From IMG/VR virus record IMGVR_UViG_3300047094_002472: a stretch of 64,000 nucleotides of DNA. One strand, written 5' to 3'. The notes beneath the pieces are model-generated. The model made no database searches, was not told the DNA's origin, and saw only the letters and a list, made by a program, of their open reading frames with translations. Origin of the DNA: a virus. How positions within the stretch are numbered: position 1 is the first letter of the stretch; each line of letters starts with the position of its first letter. The position numbers and the translations under genes were made by a program. Shown one piece after another: positions 63,741-64,000 of the stretch.

Positions 63741-64000
63741 GATAAGGTATCCTGCTTTTTTGCGCACACATTTGGGGATAAAAAGGGAAACATTTGATCG
63801 GCCACCTTTACCGCCTCAACACAACCACTTTGTACGGCCAAATCTCTAGTTTGTTTCCAGCTAACAATTAACTTAAAGAAAACATCTTCATTGTTCTTAG
63901 TCTCAACACTCACCACTGGCTTGGCTACTACTGGTAGTACCGGTGCGCCGGGATTTAAAACCCCTTTGACCTTTTCTGTTAAATTTAGAACTAATTTTTG
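63737..64000 (-). CDS. Hypothetical protein, 5'-truncated by window edge
   Basis: Open frame from 64000 (QKLVLNLTEK...FFKLIVSWKQTRDLA...DTLS*) ending in ATGA overlap. Confidence 0.6.
   Translation of the reverse strand, partial: QKLVLNLTEKVKGVLNPGAPVLPVVAKPVVSVETKNNEDVFFKLIVSWKQTRDLAVQSGCVEAVKVADQMFPFLSPNVCAKKQDTLS

Noticed and set aside
1-64000. tRNA/rRNA genes, integrase, tail sheath
   Set aside because: None recognisable; intergenic gaps are short and accounted for by promoters and terminators.

Overview
This window is a 64 kb piece of a large, AT-rich tailed dsDNA phage (Caudoviricetes). It is probably siphovirus-like: a tail tube and a very long tape measure are present and no sheath is recognisable. 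The host is inferred to be a planctomycete, from an FGE/SUMF1 domain of the PEP-CTERM type, GACC Cys-rich repeats and a papain-like peptidase/membrane-protein cluster. The + arm (about 1.9-39.3 kb) encodes a phage sigma factor, packaging genes (HNH, ERCC4, TerL), portal, protease/scaffold, decoration protein, major capsid, neck, tail tube, chaperones, a 3634-aa tape measure and tail-tip proteins. The converging - arm (39.4-64 kb) encodes GC-rich Cys-rich accessory genes, SSAP, SSB, an intein-less DnaE split in two around a DEDDh exonuclease, a Cas4/RecB-like nuclease, dNMP kinase, primase, DnaB, RecA, PhoH, class II RNR, dCMP deaminase and a possible protease-based lysis cluster. Most notable observations: (1) the tape measure carries nuclease-like and HAD-like cargo domains bounded by eleven xxxGG motifs, plus a pre-toxin-TG-like segment; (2) a circularly permuted FGE-sulfatase domain on a mucin-like stalk; (3) the three-piece DnaE; (4) two readable promoter classes, sigma70-like with 16-bp spacers and a KGTGTAT late motif, one copy of which marks a nested scaffold gene. 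All assignments come from motif recognition by eye; no searches were run.
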